Shown here in pieces: positions 1 through 8,384 of a stretch of 64,000 nt of DNA (position 1 is its first letter; every line of letters starts with the position of its first letter). Source of the stretch: an uncultured virus (IMG/VR IMGVR_UViG_3300032242_002374). Taxonomy: Duplodnaviria; Heunggongvirae; Uroviricota; Caudoviricetes. Below the pieces are notes generated by a model. That model saw only the letters and a program-made list of their open reading frames with translations. It was not told the DNA's origin and ran no database searches. Location of the stretch: the IMG/VR virus record IMGVR_UViG_3300032242_002374; one strand, 5' to 3'. The translations under genes and the position numbers were made by a program.

Positions 1-44
1 ACTGCTGCTAGTGCTACTGCACCAATTATGTACTCTTTTTTCAT
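1..44 (-). CDS. 5' end of small membrane protein (truncated by window edge)
   Basis: ATG at 44 reads MKKEYIIGAVALAA, near-identical to the N-terminus of the 708..1151 protein. Confidence 0.75.
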   Translation of the reverse strand, partial: MKKEYIIGAVALAA

Positions 45-64
45 TTTTTTTAAATTATAAGTTA

Positions 65-295
65 TTAATAAACTTGACTACCATTCCCATCATAAATTGT
101 TCTAATACCTCTTCTATCTATACATTGAAAATATTTGTCGCCATCTCTTGTTTTAACAATTGATTGACTAGAACCTCTTGGGCAAGTAAACCCTGTTGCA
201 TTTGCTTTTTTAGCAGGAGTGTTGTTTTTGTAAACTAAATAGCCTACTACTGCCAATGCTCCTACTCCTAATAAAATTTGTGTTTGTTTGTTCAT
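65..295 (-). CDS. small N-terminally anchored membrane protein, putative virion component
   Basis: MNKQTQILLGVGALAVVGYLVYK signal anchor shared with 322..684 and 1595..1888; NATG motif; 2 Cys. Confidence 0.75.
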   Translation of the reverse strand: MNKQTQILLGVGALAVVGYLVYKNNTPAKKANATGFTCPRGSSQSIVKTRDGDKYFQCIDRRGIRTIYDGNGSQVY

Positions 296-321
296 TTTTT
301 TTTGTTTTAAATTATATTAAA

Positions 322-684
322 TTATTGCTCCCAAAAATCAACACTTGGTTGAAATTTAATTATTTTATTTAAAGATGCAATTGCTTTTGTTTGTGCATCA
401 TTACTAACGTTTGTTGATTCTTTTGTTGATACTACATAAGCATTATTAATTTTATTTACATTTAATTCAGCCATATTATATAATCTATGGTATATGTCAA
501 TCCAATCAGTATCAGCAAATTCTGCTAATGACATTTGCTTATCTACTTCATCAATTAATTTGTTAACTTCTGCATCTTTTGCATAAACTTTTGTAGGCGT
601 TGTTTTTTTGCTTGATTTCCAAACAAGGTAGCCTGCTAATGCCAATGCACCTACTCCTAATAAAATTTTTGTTTGTTTGTCCAT
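322..684 (-). CDS. small N-terminally anchored membrane protein
   Basis: MDKQTKILLGVGALALAGYLVWK anchor; upstream A-rich leader conserved with the 65..295 gene. Confidence 0.75.
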   Translation of the reverse strand: MDKQTKILLGVGALALAGYLVWKSSKKTTPTKVYAKDAEVNKLIDEVDKQMSLAEFADTDWIDIYHRLYNMAELNVNKINNAYVVSTKESTNVSNDAQTKAIASLNKIIKFQPSVDFWEQ

Positions 685-707
685 TTTTTTTGTTTTAAAT
701 TATTAAA

Positions 708-1151
708 TTAACAGCAAGGCTGCCTGTTTTTCCATACTTGACCTGTGAAGCCTTGAATAATAGTGTGGTTTTTACAAGTATTAGGGTCGTACTTGCAATA
801 AACTACTTGTACTGCTTCGTGTATCTCTTCACTTGTTTTTGTTCCTATATAATCCCCAGTATAATCATCGGCAGCATCTTTTATAGCTTGTAATTCGCTA
901 TTACTCATTAAACCCCCATTGATAGTGTTTATTATTCTTTTAACCGATTTTTCATCGTCCGCCAAACTTTGCATCAAAGGAATATACTTGTCTTTAAATT
1001 GTTTCATTAAAGAATTATCAACATTTGTTGTTGTACTTGCACCTATTTTTGGAGAAATAATATTTTTAGACTTTTGTGTGCTTTTCCACCAAAAATAACC
1101 ACCTACTACTGCTGCTAGTGCAACTGCACCAATTATATATTGTTTTTTCAT
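708..1151 (-). CDS. N-terminally anchored membrane protein with Cys-rich C-terminus
   Basis: Start reassigned from 1229 to ATG 1151 (MKKQYIIGAVALAAVVGGYFWW), which overlaps the stop of the upstream ORF (ATGA) and matches the paralog at 1..44. Confidence 0.75.
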   Translation of the reverse strand: MKKQYIIGAVALAAVVGGYFWWKSTQKSKNIISPKIGASTTTNVDNSLMKQFKDKYIPLMQSLADDEKSVKRIINTINGGLMSNSELQAIKDAADDYTGDYIGTKTSEEIHEAVQVVYCKYDPNTCKNHTIIQGFTGQVWKNRQPCC

Positions 1152-1303
1152 TTTTTTAAATTTTCGTATGCTGTGCCTATTAAACCTCCTGTAATTCCAA
1201 GAGCAAGGGCATATCCCATAGTCATCCAAAATCCTTTCTGATTTTTTACACCAAAGTATATGCCCACAATAGACCCAATTGTAATAAAATTAGCCTTCTG
1301 CAT
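1148..1303 (-). CDS. 51-aa two-TM glycine-zipper membrane protein (not in ORF track)
   Basis: Manual translation MQKANFITIGSIVGIYFGVKNQKGFWMTMGYALALGITGGLIGTAYENLKK; ATGA coupling to next gene; resembles 1915..2133. Confidence 0.7.
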   Translation of the reverse strand: MQKANFITIGSIVGIYFGVKNQKGFWMTMGYALALGITGGLIGTAYENLKK

Positions 1304-1412
1304 TTTTTTGACCTGCTTTCCAAGCCTTAGATGCTACCCATATTGTTGCGAATAATACCCCAAGTGATATGGCTACACCTCCTGCTGTTGTTAATAATTT
1401 TTTGCTATCCAT
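1290..1412 (-). CDS. 40-aa single-TM peptide (not in ORF track)
   Basis: MDSKKLLTTAGGVAISLGVLFATIWVASKAWKAGQKNAEG; paralog of 1424..1579. Confidence 0.75.
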   Translation of the reverse strand: MDSKKLLTTAGGVAISLGVLFATIWVASKAWKAGQKNAEG

Positions 1413-1468
1413 ACTTTTAAATTTTAAGATGTTTTTTGACCTGCTTTCCAAGCCTTAGATGCTACCCA
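1304..1468. repeat. 37-bp perfect direct repeat (1304-1340 and 1432-1468)
   Basis: ttttttgacctgctttccaagccttagatgctaccca occurs twice and encodes the shared WVASKAWKAGQK. Confidence 0.9.
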
Positions 1469-1579
1469 GATTGTTAAAAACAATACTCCTGCTGATACTG
1501 CAACCGCAGCAATAGTTTGAGTTAAACTTTGTGTATCTGTTGGAGTTGATGCAGCTCCGTCTGCTCTTCTTTTCCCCAT
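1424..1579 (-). CDS. 51-aa single-TM peptide (not in ORF track)
   Basis: MGKRRADGAASTPTDTQSLTQTIAAVAVSAGVLFLTIWVASKAWKAGQKTS; shares TIWVASKAWKAGQK with 1290..1412. Confidence 0.75.
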   Translation of the reverse strand: MGKRRADGAASTPTDTQSLTQTIAAVAVSAGVLFLTIWVASKAWKAGQKTS

Positions 1580-1594
1580 ATTTTTTTATTTTTT

Positions 1595-1888
1595 TTATTT
1601 ACAAGCACCTTTGCTTTTAGACGAATGCTCCCCATTTTTACAAGTGTATTCTGTCACCTCTGTACCATCTTGCCTTTTAAATGTTTTAACATCAGTATGG
1701 CATAGACATTCATCTTTAATATTAGTAGAATATCCACCGTCAAAAATTGTGTTCCCCATACTACCAAATTGCGATAATTTAGTATTTCTACCTGTCGCAT
1801 TTGCTTTAGGTTTATTGTTTTTGTAAACTAAATAGGCTACTACTGCTAATGCACCTACTCCTAATAAAATTTTTGTTTTTTTGTTCAT
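1595..1888 (-). CDS. N-terminally anchored membrane protein, 4 Cys
   Basis: MNKKTKILLGVGALAVVAYLVYK anchor; KANATG motif; CLC...C...C. Confidence 0.75.
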   Translation of the reverse strand: MNKKTKILLGVGALAVVAYLVYKNNKPKANATGRNTKLSQFGSMGNTIFDGGYSTNIKDECLCHTDVKTFKRQDGTEVTEYTCKNGEHSSKSKGACK

Positions 1889-1914
1889 TTTTTTTTGTTT
1901 TTGATTTTTATTAA

Positions 1915-2133
1915 TTATTTTTTAATGAAAGCCCTTGTTATTATAGCACCAACAACTCCACCTATAAATCCACTTAGTAATACATTTTTACCTTTGGAAA
2001 AACCAATTACTACACCTGTTATTGTGCCTATTCCTGTTCCAACTAAAGTACCTTTTGTAATATCTTTTACTACATCACTTGCACTTTTATTTTTAGTACC
2101 TCCAGTTATATTTAAAAATTCTTTAGCATACAT
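1915..2133 (-). CDS. glycine-zipper two-TM membrane protein
   Basis: GTLVGTGIGTITGVVIG and GFIGGVVGAII GxxxG arrays. Confidence 0.75.
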   Translation of the reverse strand: MYAKEFLNITGGTKNKSASDVVKDITKGTLVGTGIGTITGVVIGFSKGKNVLLSGFIGGVVGAIITRAFIKK

Positions 2134-2160
2134 AAATTTAATTTAAAGGTGTCACTATCG

Positions 2161-2670
2161 CTAATAAGCTGTTTCAGTTTCAGAACTACCACTATAAGGA
2201 GTATAAGGGGTCTCACTACCACTATAAGGTGTTTCAGTAATACCATAAGGAGGCTGTTCTCCATAAGGTGATTTTTCAGTACCATAAGGATTTTCAGTAC
2301 CATAAGGGTTTTCAGTACCATAAGGGTTTTTAGGGTCGTTAGGCTTGGTGTGACTTGAAGGACTTGAAGGGCTTGAGGGACTTGAAGGGTTTGAAGGATT
2401 TGGCTTAGTATTTTTAGTCTGCTGCATCAACTTCTTAATTTGCTCTTTAAGCCTATCAATTTCGCTTTGAGTTTGTGGTGTTCCCTTTCCTGTATTTTGC
2501 AATGCTTGTAATGCAGCTAATTTTTTCTTTGCTTCATCAAGTGCTGCTTTTTTATCTTTACTACCCCCACTAGTGTCACCAACTTTAGAGCCAGTAAATG
2601 CAACGGCTACACCTATACCTGCTATTAGTAATACACCAGTTAATATGGCTATTTTAGCTCCTGTTTTCAT
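2161..2670 (-). CDS. membrane-anchored protein with coiled coil and PSS / NPYGTE tandem repeats
   Basis: N-terminal TM; (PSS)n and (NPYGTE)n, with an 18-bp DNA tandem repeat near 2273-2330. Confidence 0.75.
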   Translation of the reverse strand: MKTGAKIAILTGVLLIAGIGVAVAFTGSKVGDTSGGSKDKKAALDEAKKKLAALQALQNTGKGTPQTQSEIDRLKEQIKKLMQQTKNTKPNPSNPSSPSSPSSPSSHTKPNDPKNPYGTENPYGTENPYGTEKSPYGEQPPYGITETPYSGSETPYTPYSGSSETETAY

Positions 2671-3404
2671 TAGTTAATTTTTTTCTTTTTGAAAATAAAA
2701 TATGTTGCTATACCTACGATTATAAATGCACCTGCAACTGCAATAATTTTAACAGTAGCAGAACTACCACTTTTATCTTTAGCCGTTGAAGTATCTTTTT
2801 GTGTTTCTAATTTTTGAATTTCAAGTTGTAATTTTTTTATTTCATCTGCTGATATTGCTTGAGCTGCTGCTGCTTGTGTTTCTTCTAATTTTCTTTGTTG
2901 GTCTGCTGACCAATACTGTGCTCCAGTTTGAGCTAAGCTAATAACATCTTGGAAACCAAAATTTTTATAATTACCGCCATTACAGTCTTTGCAATTAGGT
3001 ATAAAATTATTGTTTTTCACAAACATTCCATCGTTTATAACACCAGACCTTAAATCATTAGCATTTAAACTTTTTATAAGACCTTGCGATTGGTCTGCGA
3101 AATTTTTCTTCATTGTCATTAATTTTGTTAAGTCCTCTTGGAACTGTTTACTAACTTGAATAGCTTTCAAAGAATTTACGATGACATTATAAGAATCTTC
3201 TTTTGTACTTGTTGGGAATCCATTTTTATTTAAAATACCAACAACGGCATCTTTGTTTTTATTCATCAATACAGCAAAATTGTATTTAAACGATTCTACT
3301 GCTTTCTTTATATCTGTTTTGATACCATCAGCCCCAGCAAAGTTTGTATATTGCTGCGAAGCATCGTATCTTACTTTTTCAATATGTGAACGAACATCTT
3401 GCAT
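2670..3404 (-). CDS. C-terminally anchored membrane protein
   Basis: C-terminal TM followed by KKKK; coiled coil; CxxC. Confidence 0.75.
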   Translation of the reverse strand: MQDVRSHIEKVRYDASQQYTNFAGADGIKTDIKKAVESFKYNFAVLMNKNKDAVVGILNKNGFPTSTKEDSYNVIVNSLKAIQVSKQFQEDLTKLMTMKKNFADQSQGLIKSLNANDLRSGVINDGMFVKNNNFIPNCKDCNGGNYKNFGFQDVISLAQTGAQYWSADQQRKLEETQAAAAQAISADEIKKLQLEIQKLETQKDTSTAKDKSGSSATVKIIAVAGAFIIVGIATYFIFKKKKIN

Positions 3405-3886
3405 TATTTAGCTTTTTTAATATAAATAATTACACCTAATACAACTACTAAGCCTATTGCTATTGGTATGAATTTAGATATATTTTGTTTATTTTTATTT
3501 GAATTATCTACTGATTGCTTCTGTACTGAACTACCAATACCAAATGTCTTAACACAATCTAATAAAATAATTTCTTCTATGTTTTTCAAAGGTATTTCTC
3601 CTAAAAGCATATATGATGAAATTGAGTTACTTAGCTGCCCACCAAGTTTTTCAATATTATTTTTGCAGTCTAAACTTTTAACTTCTAAAAAGCAATCTAA
3701 ATAATAATCTCCATTTTTACTTTTTATACCATAATCATTTATAAATGAATTTATATTCCCATTACTTTTAGCTTTAAGATAATCCCCTAAAAACTTTACA
3801 GTAATTGCATCAGATTTTTGATATATAGGATTGTATTCTCCTTTGAATATTCCAGATTGCACATCTGTTATATATTTATCATTCAT
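3404..3886 (-). CDS. C-terminally anchored membrane protein
   Basis: C-terminal TM FIPIAIGLVVVLGVIIYI followed by KKAK. Confidence 0.7.
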   Translation of the reverse strand: MNDKYITDVQSGIFKGEYNPIYQKSDAITVKFLGDYLKAKSNGNINSFINDYGIKSKNGDYYLDCFLEVKSLDCKNNIEKLGGQLSNSISSYMLLGEIPLKNIEEIILLDCVKTFGIGSSVQKQSVDNSNKNKQNISKFIPIAIGLVVVLGVIIYIKKAK

Positions 3887-3889
3887 ATT

Positions 3890-4267
3890 TTATTTTTTTG
3901 ATAGTAATATAGTGAATGCAATCAATGCTGCACCGCCTAATATATACAAATTCGTTTTATTGACAAGCGTAGTACCTCCATCTGCGTTTTTTACAGAAGG
4001 TGGCATAGGCATAATTGCTTCTTTTAAAAGAACTTCTTGTAAAGGTTGTTGGTTAATATTATTAACTGAAAACAACTCTACTAAAGCATCTTTATCTGGA
4101 TGTAACTCCATAATATTTTTAAACGCTTCTTGCCCATTACTAGCCACACATATTTCTAAGGATTGACTTAAATCGTCAAGAGTATTTATATCGTGATAGC
4201 CATAACCTTTGCAAACTTCATAAGCTGCATCTGGGTTATTATTTGCTATATATTGGTACACATTCAT
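3890..4267 (-). CDS. C-terminally anchored membrane protein
   Basis: C-terminal TM followed by SKK; KNADGG motif upstream of the TM. Confidence 0.7.
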   Translation of the reverse strand: MNVYQYIANNNPDAAYEVCKGYGYHDINTLDDLSQSLEICVASNGQEAFKNIMELHPDKDALVELFSVNNINQQPLQEVLLKEAIMPMPPSVKNADGGTTLVNKTNLYILGGAALIAFTILLSKK

Positions 4268-4279
4268 TCGTACAATTTT

Positions 4280-4319
4280 AAAAAAAGGGGCAATGAGGTC
4301 GTGAAACCCACATCGCCCC
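4280..4319 (-). terminator. rho-independent terminator after capsid candidate
   Basis: GGGGCGATGTGG...CCTCATTGCCCC stem followed by T7 on the minus strand. Confidence 0.75.
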
Positions 4320-4345
4320 CTCTTTGGTTATTCAACTTTGTGGAA

Positions 4346-5080
4346 TTATCCAACAATGTTTGTAGGTACACCAAACAAGTTTGGATTACCATAAGATTGT
4401 GTTACTGACTGTCCAGTTAAACCAGAAGCTAAGTTCACGTTTGTAGCTGGGTAGAAATGTAAACGGAAAACTACACTTGAAGCAATAGTAGTAAATGTGA
4501 TTTTTGTGAAACCATCAATAGCATACAATTGTTTAACAGCAACAATAGTTGATTGTTGTTGGTAAGGGTCAATTGTAGGAACGATTGTTCTTAACATTTG
4601 ATTACCATTAGCATCTTGCGTGTTTAACGTAAATGTTTGAGTAATTTGGCTTGAAGAACCAGTTACACTTTCAATGTAAGTTAAACCTACGCTGAAAGGT
4701 TGGTTCATTGATTGGTACAAGAACTGTTGGTAGTTTACGTTACTGATAGCAGAGCTAATAGTAACACCACTTAAAGTTAATGAACCATTACTGAAACCTG
4801 TACTGTTGATGTAGGTATAAGCACCTAAAACATCAAAGTTACTTACTGCTGTTGCAGAAGCATTACTAATAGTAATGATGTACGGTTGTGATTGAGGTGC
4901 AGCACCTTGACCACCAGTTGCTTGTAGAGTTTGTCTTCCACTTTGAACCCCTTCAAGTCCTGTTTGAGTTACCATATTTTGGTATCTGTTACCACCATTA
5001 AATTGTGCTGGAGCATTGGTATTACCAGTCCAGTTCGCATAATTGCGTTTTGCGTTTGTGATGTAATTTCTTACTGACAT
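4346..5080 (-). CDS. putative major capsid protein (jelly-roll candidate)
   Basis: T/S/N/Q-rich with alternating beta-strand pattern and no TM; flexible ~60-aa N-terminal leader; adjacent to packaging ATPase; long leader region and own strong terminator. Fold is inferred. Confidence 0.55.
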   Translation of the reverse strand: MSVRNYITNAKRNYANWTGNTNAPAQFNGGNRYQNMVTQTGLEGVQSGRQTLQATGGQGAAPQSQPYIITISNASATAVSNFDVLGAYTYINSTGFSNGSLTLSGVTISSAISNVNYQQFLYQSMNQPFSVGLTYIESVTGSSSQITQTFTLNTQDANGNQMLRTIVPTIDPYQQQSTIVAVKQLYAIDGFTKITFTTIASSVVFRLHFYPATNVNLASGLTGQSVTQSYGNPNLFGVPTNIVG

Positions 5081-5428
5081 TTTTTTTTGTTTTAAAATTT
5101 TATGAATTAATTGATTTTTTTGTCTCCAATTAAAACATTCAATCTTTTCAGTTGCAAAACTTAAAAACGGAAAATTTAATCTTCAACGATTACTTCTTTT
5201 TTTTAATTTTTATTAGCTTATATTCTATCATCATAATTATATCCACTTTACAAAAAGTCATATAATAACTTTGAAAGAAAAAAAACTAAAAAAAATCAAG
5301 ACATTATTTCACATTTGCAGCATTCCTTGATAGCAATACAAATCGCTAAAATCTCATTTTTGCTCCTGTAAAATTCAATCAAAGAACTAATTTCAAAGTC
5401 AAATTTATAACAGATACTTACACCAAAT

Positions 5429-5457
5429 AAAAAATGGACAAATATTTATTGTCCATT
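5429..5457 (-). terminator. rho-independent terminator after ATPase
   Basis: AATGGACAA/TTGTCCATT stem with T-run on the minus strand. Confidence 0.65.
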
Positions 5458-5481
5458 GATATTATGTTGAAATTACAAAGC

Positions 5482-6297
5482 CTACTTTTTATATTTTAAA
5501 AGCCTTTGTTTTATATGTTCTTGTGCGGTTTGGTGGTTGTAAATTGCCTTGCCTTTATCATTTCTATAATGAAGCATAGGATTGATTAATTGCTTATAGT
5601 CTTTTCGCATAAAGTCATTTATAGCATTGTCAAAGTCAGCATCACTAAATCTGCCATATATCTTTCTCCTATCTATATCGGCATAACAAAAGAATCTTTC
5701 ATCTCCAACATCATATTTAGCATCTACCATACTTTCCATTATTGATAGGTACTCATACTTATCCTCAAACTTCTTTGAGTGCTTCTTTACACTTTCTGTT
5801 TGCTTATGGAAACGAATAATATTTGCGTTCTGCCAAACCTTAGAAGTAATACGACCTATGGACTGATAGTGTAATATAATATCCAACCCAATATGCCTAT
5901 TGGTACATATTGCTCCAGAAAGGTCATTTGGCATACTATCACTTATATACCTATTAACATCTTCTATAAGTAATAAACCATTCCTATATGTTTCTAATAA
6001 TATAAATAGCGTTTGTGTAATATCGTCAAGGCTCATCTTCTTAGTATAACTACCATTTGCTTCTAAGAATGGTCTTATACGCCTAATCTCGACTTGTGGG
6101 TGTATGGAAAATAAAGGAACTTGCTCTAATGATATTGGTCTGTAATTGTATTCATCGTTTACATCCATAATCAAAACACGTCTTGGGGGAGTTGTTGAAC
6201 TACCCCTAACGTATTCTTGCATCATTTTTTCAGTTGCATAGGATTTGCCAACACCTTTCATCCCTACTGCAACCATTAACTTGGCTTCTCTACCCAT
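5482..6297 (-). CDS. A32-like (FtsK-HerA superfamily) genome packaging ATPase
   Basis: Walker A GMKGVGKS, VLIMD strand, Walker B LLLIED, arginine-finger/sensor motif NRHIGLDIILHYQS; ~270 aa. Confidence 0.8.
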   Translation of the reverse strand: MGREAKLMVAVGMKGVGKSYATEKMMQEYVRGSSTTPPRRVLIMDVNDEYNYRPISLEQVPLFSIHPQVEIRRIRPFLEANGSYTKKMSLDDITQTLFILLETYRNGLLLIEDVNRYISDSMPNDLSGAICTNRHIGLDIILHYQSIGRITSKVWQNANIIRFHKQTESVKKHSKKFEDKYEYLSIMESMVDAKYDVGDERFFCYADIDRRKIYGRFSDADFDNAINDFMRKDYKQLINPMLHYRNDKGKAIYNHQTAQEHIKQRLLKYKK

Positions 6298-6501
6298 TTA
6301 TTTATCTTTTACACCATATTTAATATACTTGAACCACCACCTCTCGTGAACGAAATAAAGAAATGGCTTATATACAAGTTCTGCAACTGTGAAACTAGCA
6401 CCTACTTTAGCACTACCAGTAGCAAAAAACAATATTATAAACCCAATTGAACTACTTAAAATTCGATAGCTTATCGTTTTTAATAAATGTCGTTTTATCA
6501 T
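6298..6501 (-). CDS. DUF2061 family membrane protein
   Basis: RHLLKTISYR...YFVHERWW signature; family is usually next to cys genes. Confidence 0.8.
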   Translation of the reverse strand: MIKRHLLKTISYRILSSSIGFIILFFATGSAKVGASFTVAELVYKPFLYFVHERWWFKYIKYGVKDK

Positions 6502-6905
6502 AAACTACTTCTATTTTGTTCTCTAATCTTTGTTGCTGAAATTTCTGCTATGTCACTTGGTGGTATATGTTCTACAATATCGTAGCCAACCCCTCTGCCA
6601 AAATTTATTGAACAAATATCTGGGATAATCATAACCCTTACATTACCTAACAAAATATTTTTTTCATAATGTTTACAGATATTAACCATAACTTCTGATG
6701 CTGTGTATGGATTTTTTTCATCAGTAGGCATATCCCTTATTGCAATAAGAACTTTTTCTCCTTTATCAAGAACTTGTTTGAATAATTCTTGATGACCTAA
6801 ATGAAGGGGCTGCCAGCGACCAACAAACATATTAAATTGTCCTTCTTTTTTTTGCATTGAGCTTTTAACGTGTTCTATTTTAGACCACTCTTTAATTTCA
6901 TTCAT
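6498..6905 (-). CDS. HIGH-superfamily nucleotidyltransferase (cytidyltransferase-like)
   Basis: GRWQPLHLGH and ISATKIRE motifs. Confidence 0.85.
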   Translation of the reverse strand: MNEIKEWSKIEHVKSSMQKKEGQFNMFVGRWQPLHLGHQELFKQVLDKGEKVLIAIRDMPTDEKNPYTASEVMVNICKHYEKNILLGNVRVMIIPDICSINFGRGVGYDIVEHIPPSDIAEISATKIREQNRSSL

Positions 6906-6909
6906 TTTT

Positions 6910-7347
6910 TTAGTTTATTATTTCTTTAATTTTGCTTATACATTCATCTATACTATATGCAGAAGTATCTAATATTAAATCGCATTCTCCTTCCTCAAAA
7001 TCATTGGCAAATTTCATATTTCTACCCCTGTCTTCACTATACTTCAAATATATCTGATACAACTTGTTGGCATTTTCAGATAAGTAACTCCTAAGTTCTT
7101 GGTATGGTGTAACAAAAGAAAGTATTGGTGTAAACCCTTCTTTCTCTAAATACAAAGCCATATCAAAAGCTCCTTTAAGATTTCTTATTCTACCCTCTTT
7201 TGAGTAGTCTTTGTTTTGTGTAACATCACGCCACCTATCGCCATCAATTTTAATATAAAAACAAAAAGGTAATATTAAGTCCTCACTTAACCTATTAGCA
7301 AGTGTTGTTTTGCCTGATGCTGGTTGTCCGTATAAAAGTATTATCAT
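6910..7347 (-). CDS. cysC: adenylyl-sulfate (APS) kinase
   Basis: GQPASGKTT P-loop, IDGDRWR, DYSKEGRIRNL, SFVTPY. Confidence 0.8.
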   Translation of the reverse strand: MIILLYGQPASGKTTLANRLSEDLILPFCFYIKIDGDRWRDVTQNKDYSKEGRIRNLKGAFDMALYLEKEGFTPILSFVTPYQELRSYLSENANKLYQIYLKYSEDRGRNMKFANDFEEGECDLILDTSAYSIDECISKIKEIIN

Positions 7348-7589
7348 ATAACTGTTGCTATTAATTTATTTTCTATTGTTTCAAATTTAACATCTTTGGC
7401 TTTTACTGATATATGATACTTCACTATATCATTACCATCATCTCCTTTAACCATATCTTCTGATGTATAACAAATAGTATTTACTTCTATTTCATCCACT
7501 AAATGCTGAACATCATTGATTATTAGCCTCCATTTTTTATCACTTTTTTTGGGGTAGTTCGTGTTGAACCTTATTTTCACTTCGTGCAT
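7344..7589 (-). CDS. hypothetical protein
   Basis: ORF translationally coupled on both sides. Confidence 0.6.
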   Translation of the reverse strand: MHEVKIRFNTNYPKKSDKKWRLIINDVQHLVDEIEVNTICYTSEDMVKGDDGNDIVKYHISVKAKDVKFETIENKLIATVI

Positions 7590-8383
7590 TAATATTTGTA
7601 TTTAAAGTATTCTGAATACCATTTTGTATTTTCGTAAATATAGTCACACAATTCTTGCCCTAATAGTTCTTTTGCTTTAGATTCAATTGGTTTTATTTTA
7701 TTTTGGATAGTATGGTCTCCATATCTTCCGTGAAACTTATCATCCTCAAAAGTAACTTGTTTTATATCATCAAAATTGTGTTGGTAGTAAGGTAATTCAA
7801 GATAGTCATAAACAACCTTCATTACTTCATCTGGCTTTTTACACAATGTTTCAAACTTAATAAACAATATATTATCTGCATAACCTCTATCAATACTTTC
7901 CTTTATGTCTTTATACATTGTGCCAACTGGAATGTTATCTAACCAATATTCAACTCTATTACGCATAGTTGAGTTATCTTGCTTATCAAACTTATAAGGG
8001 AATCTTCTAAAGTTCTTTTCCATAGAAGCTACAATATCCCTCATATCCCTAACCATACATATAACTTTAGCATTTGGATATATTTCATTCAAAAATTTGT
8101 AATTTATCATCCACCTCCTTGATTTGTCAATAGCATTAGGCTTATCAGACAAAGAATAAAAATATCCTTCCATACCAAATCTGCAATAATGCAAAAAACC
8201 TTTCTTCATCTCTAACTCATCTTGTGCTTTAAAACAAACAGACGATGTGTATTCTTTTTTTGAAGTAAGCAGCAATTCAACTAATCCACTTGTAGGTGTA
8301 GCATAAATAGCAGGATTGTTCCCTAATATATTTTGCATTAAAGTGCTGCCACTTCTCGGCATACTACTATTGAAAAATATCAT
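7589..8383 (-). CDS. sulfotransferase
   Basis: 5'-PSB loop SMPRSGSTL and 3'-PB motif RDMRDIVAS. Confidence 0.85.
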   Translation of the reverse strand: MIFFNSSMPRSGSTLMQNILGNNPAIYATPTSGLVELLLTSKKEYTSSVCFKAQDELEMKKGFLHYCRFGMEGYFYSLSDKPNAIDKSRRWMINYKFLNEIYPNAKVICMVRDMRDIVASMEKNFRRFPYKFDKQDNSTMRNRVEYWLDNIPVGTMYKDIKESIDRGYADNILFIKFETLCKKPDEVMKVVYDYLELPYYQHNFDDIKQVTFEDDKFHGRYGDHTIQNKIKPIESKAKELLGQELCDYIYENTKWYSEYFKYKY

Positions 8384-8384
8384 T

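Noticed and set aside
708..1229. ORF start at 1229
   Set aside because: That extension overlaps a better ORF (1148..1303); the paralog at 1..44 supports ATG 1151
2112..2321. 69-aa ORF MVLKTLMVLK...
   Set aside because: Alternative frame of the NPYGTE repeat
2200..2400. CRISPR array
   Set aside because: Repeats are 9- and 18-bp in-frame coding tandem repeats without spacers
5081..5481. Replication origin or structured ncRNA in the 400-bp intergenic region
   Set aside because: No iterons or convincing structure beyond a terminator and a promoter-like box; treated as the capsid gene leader
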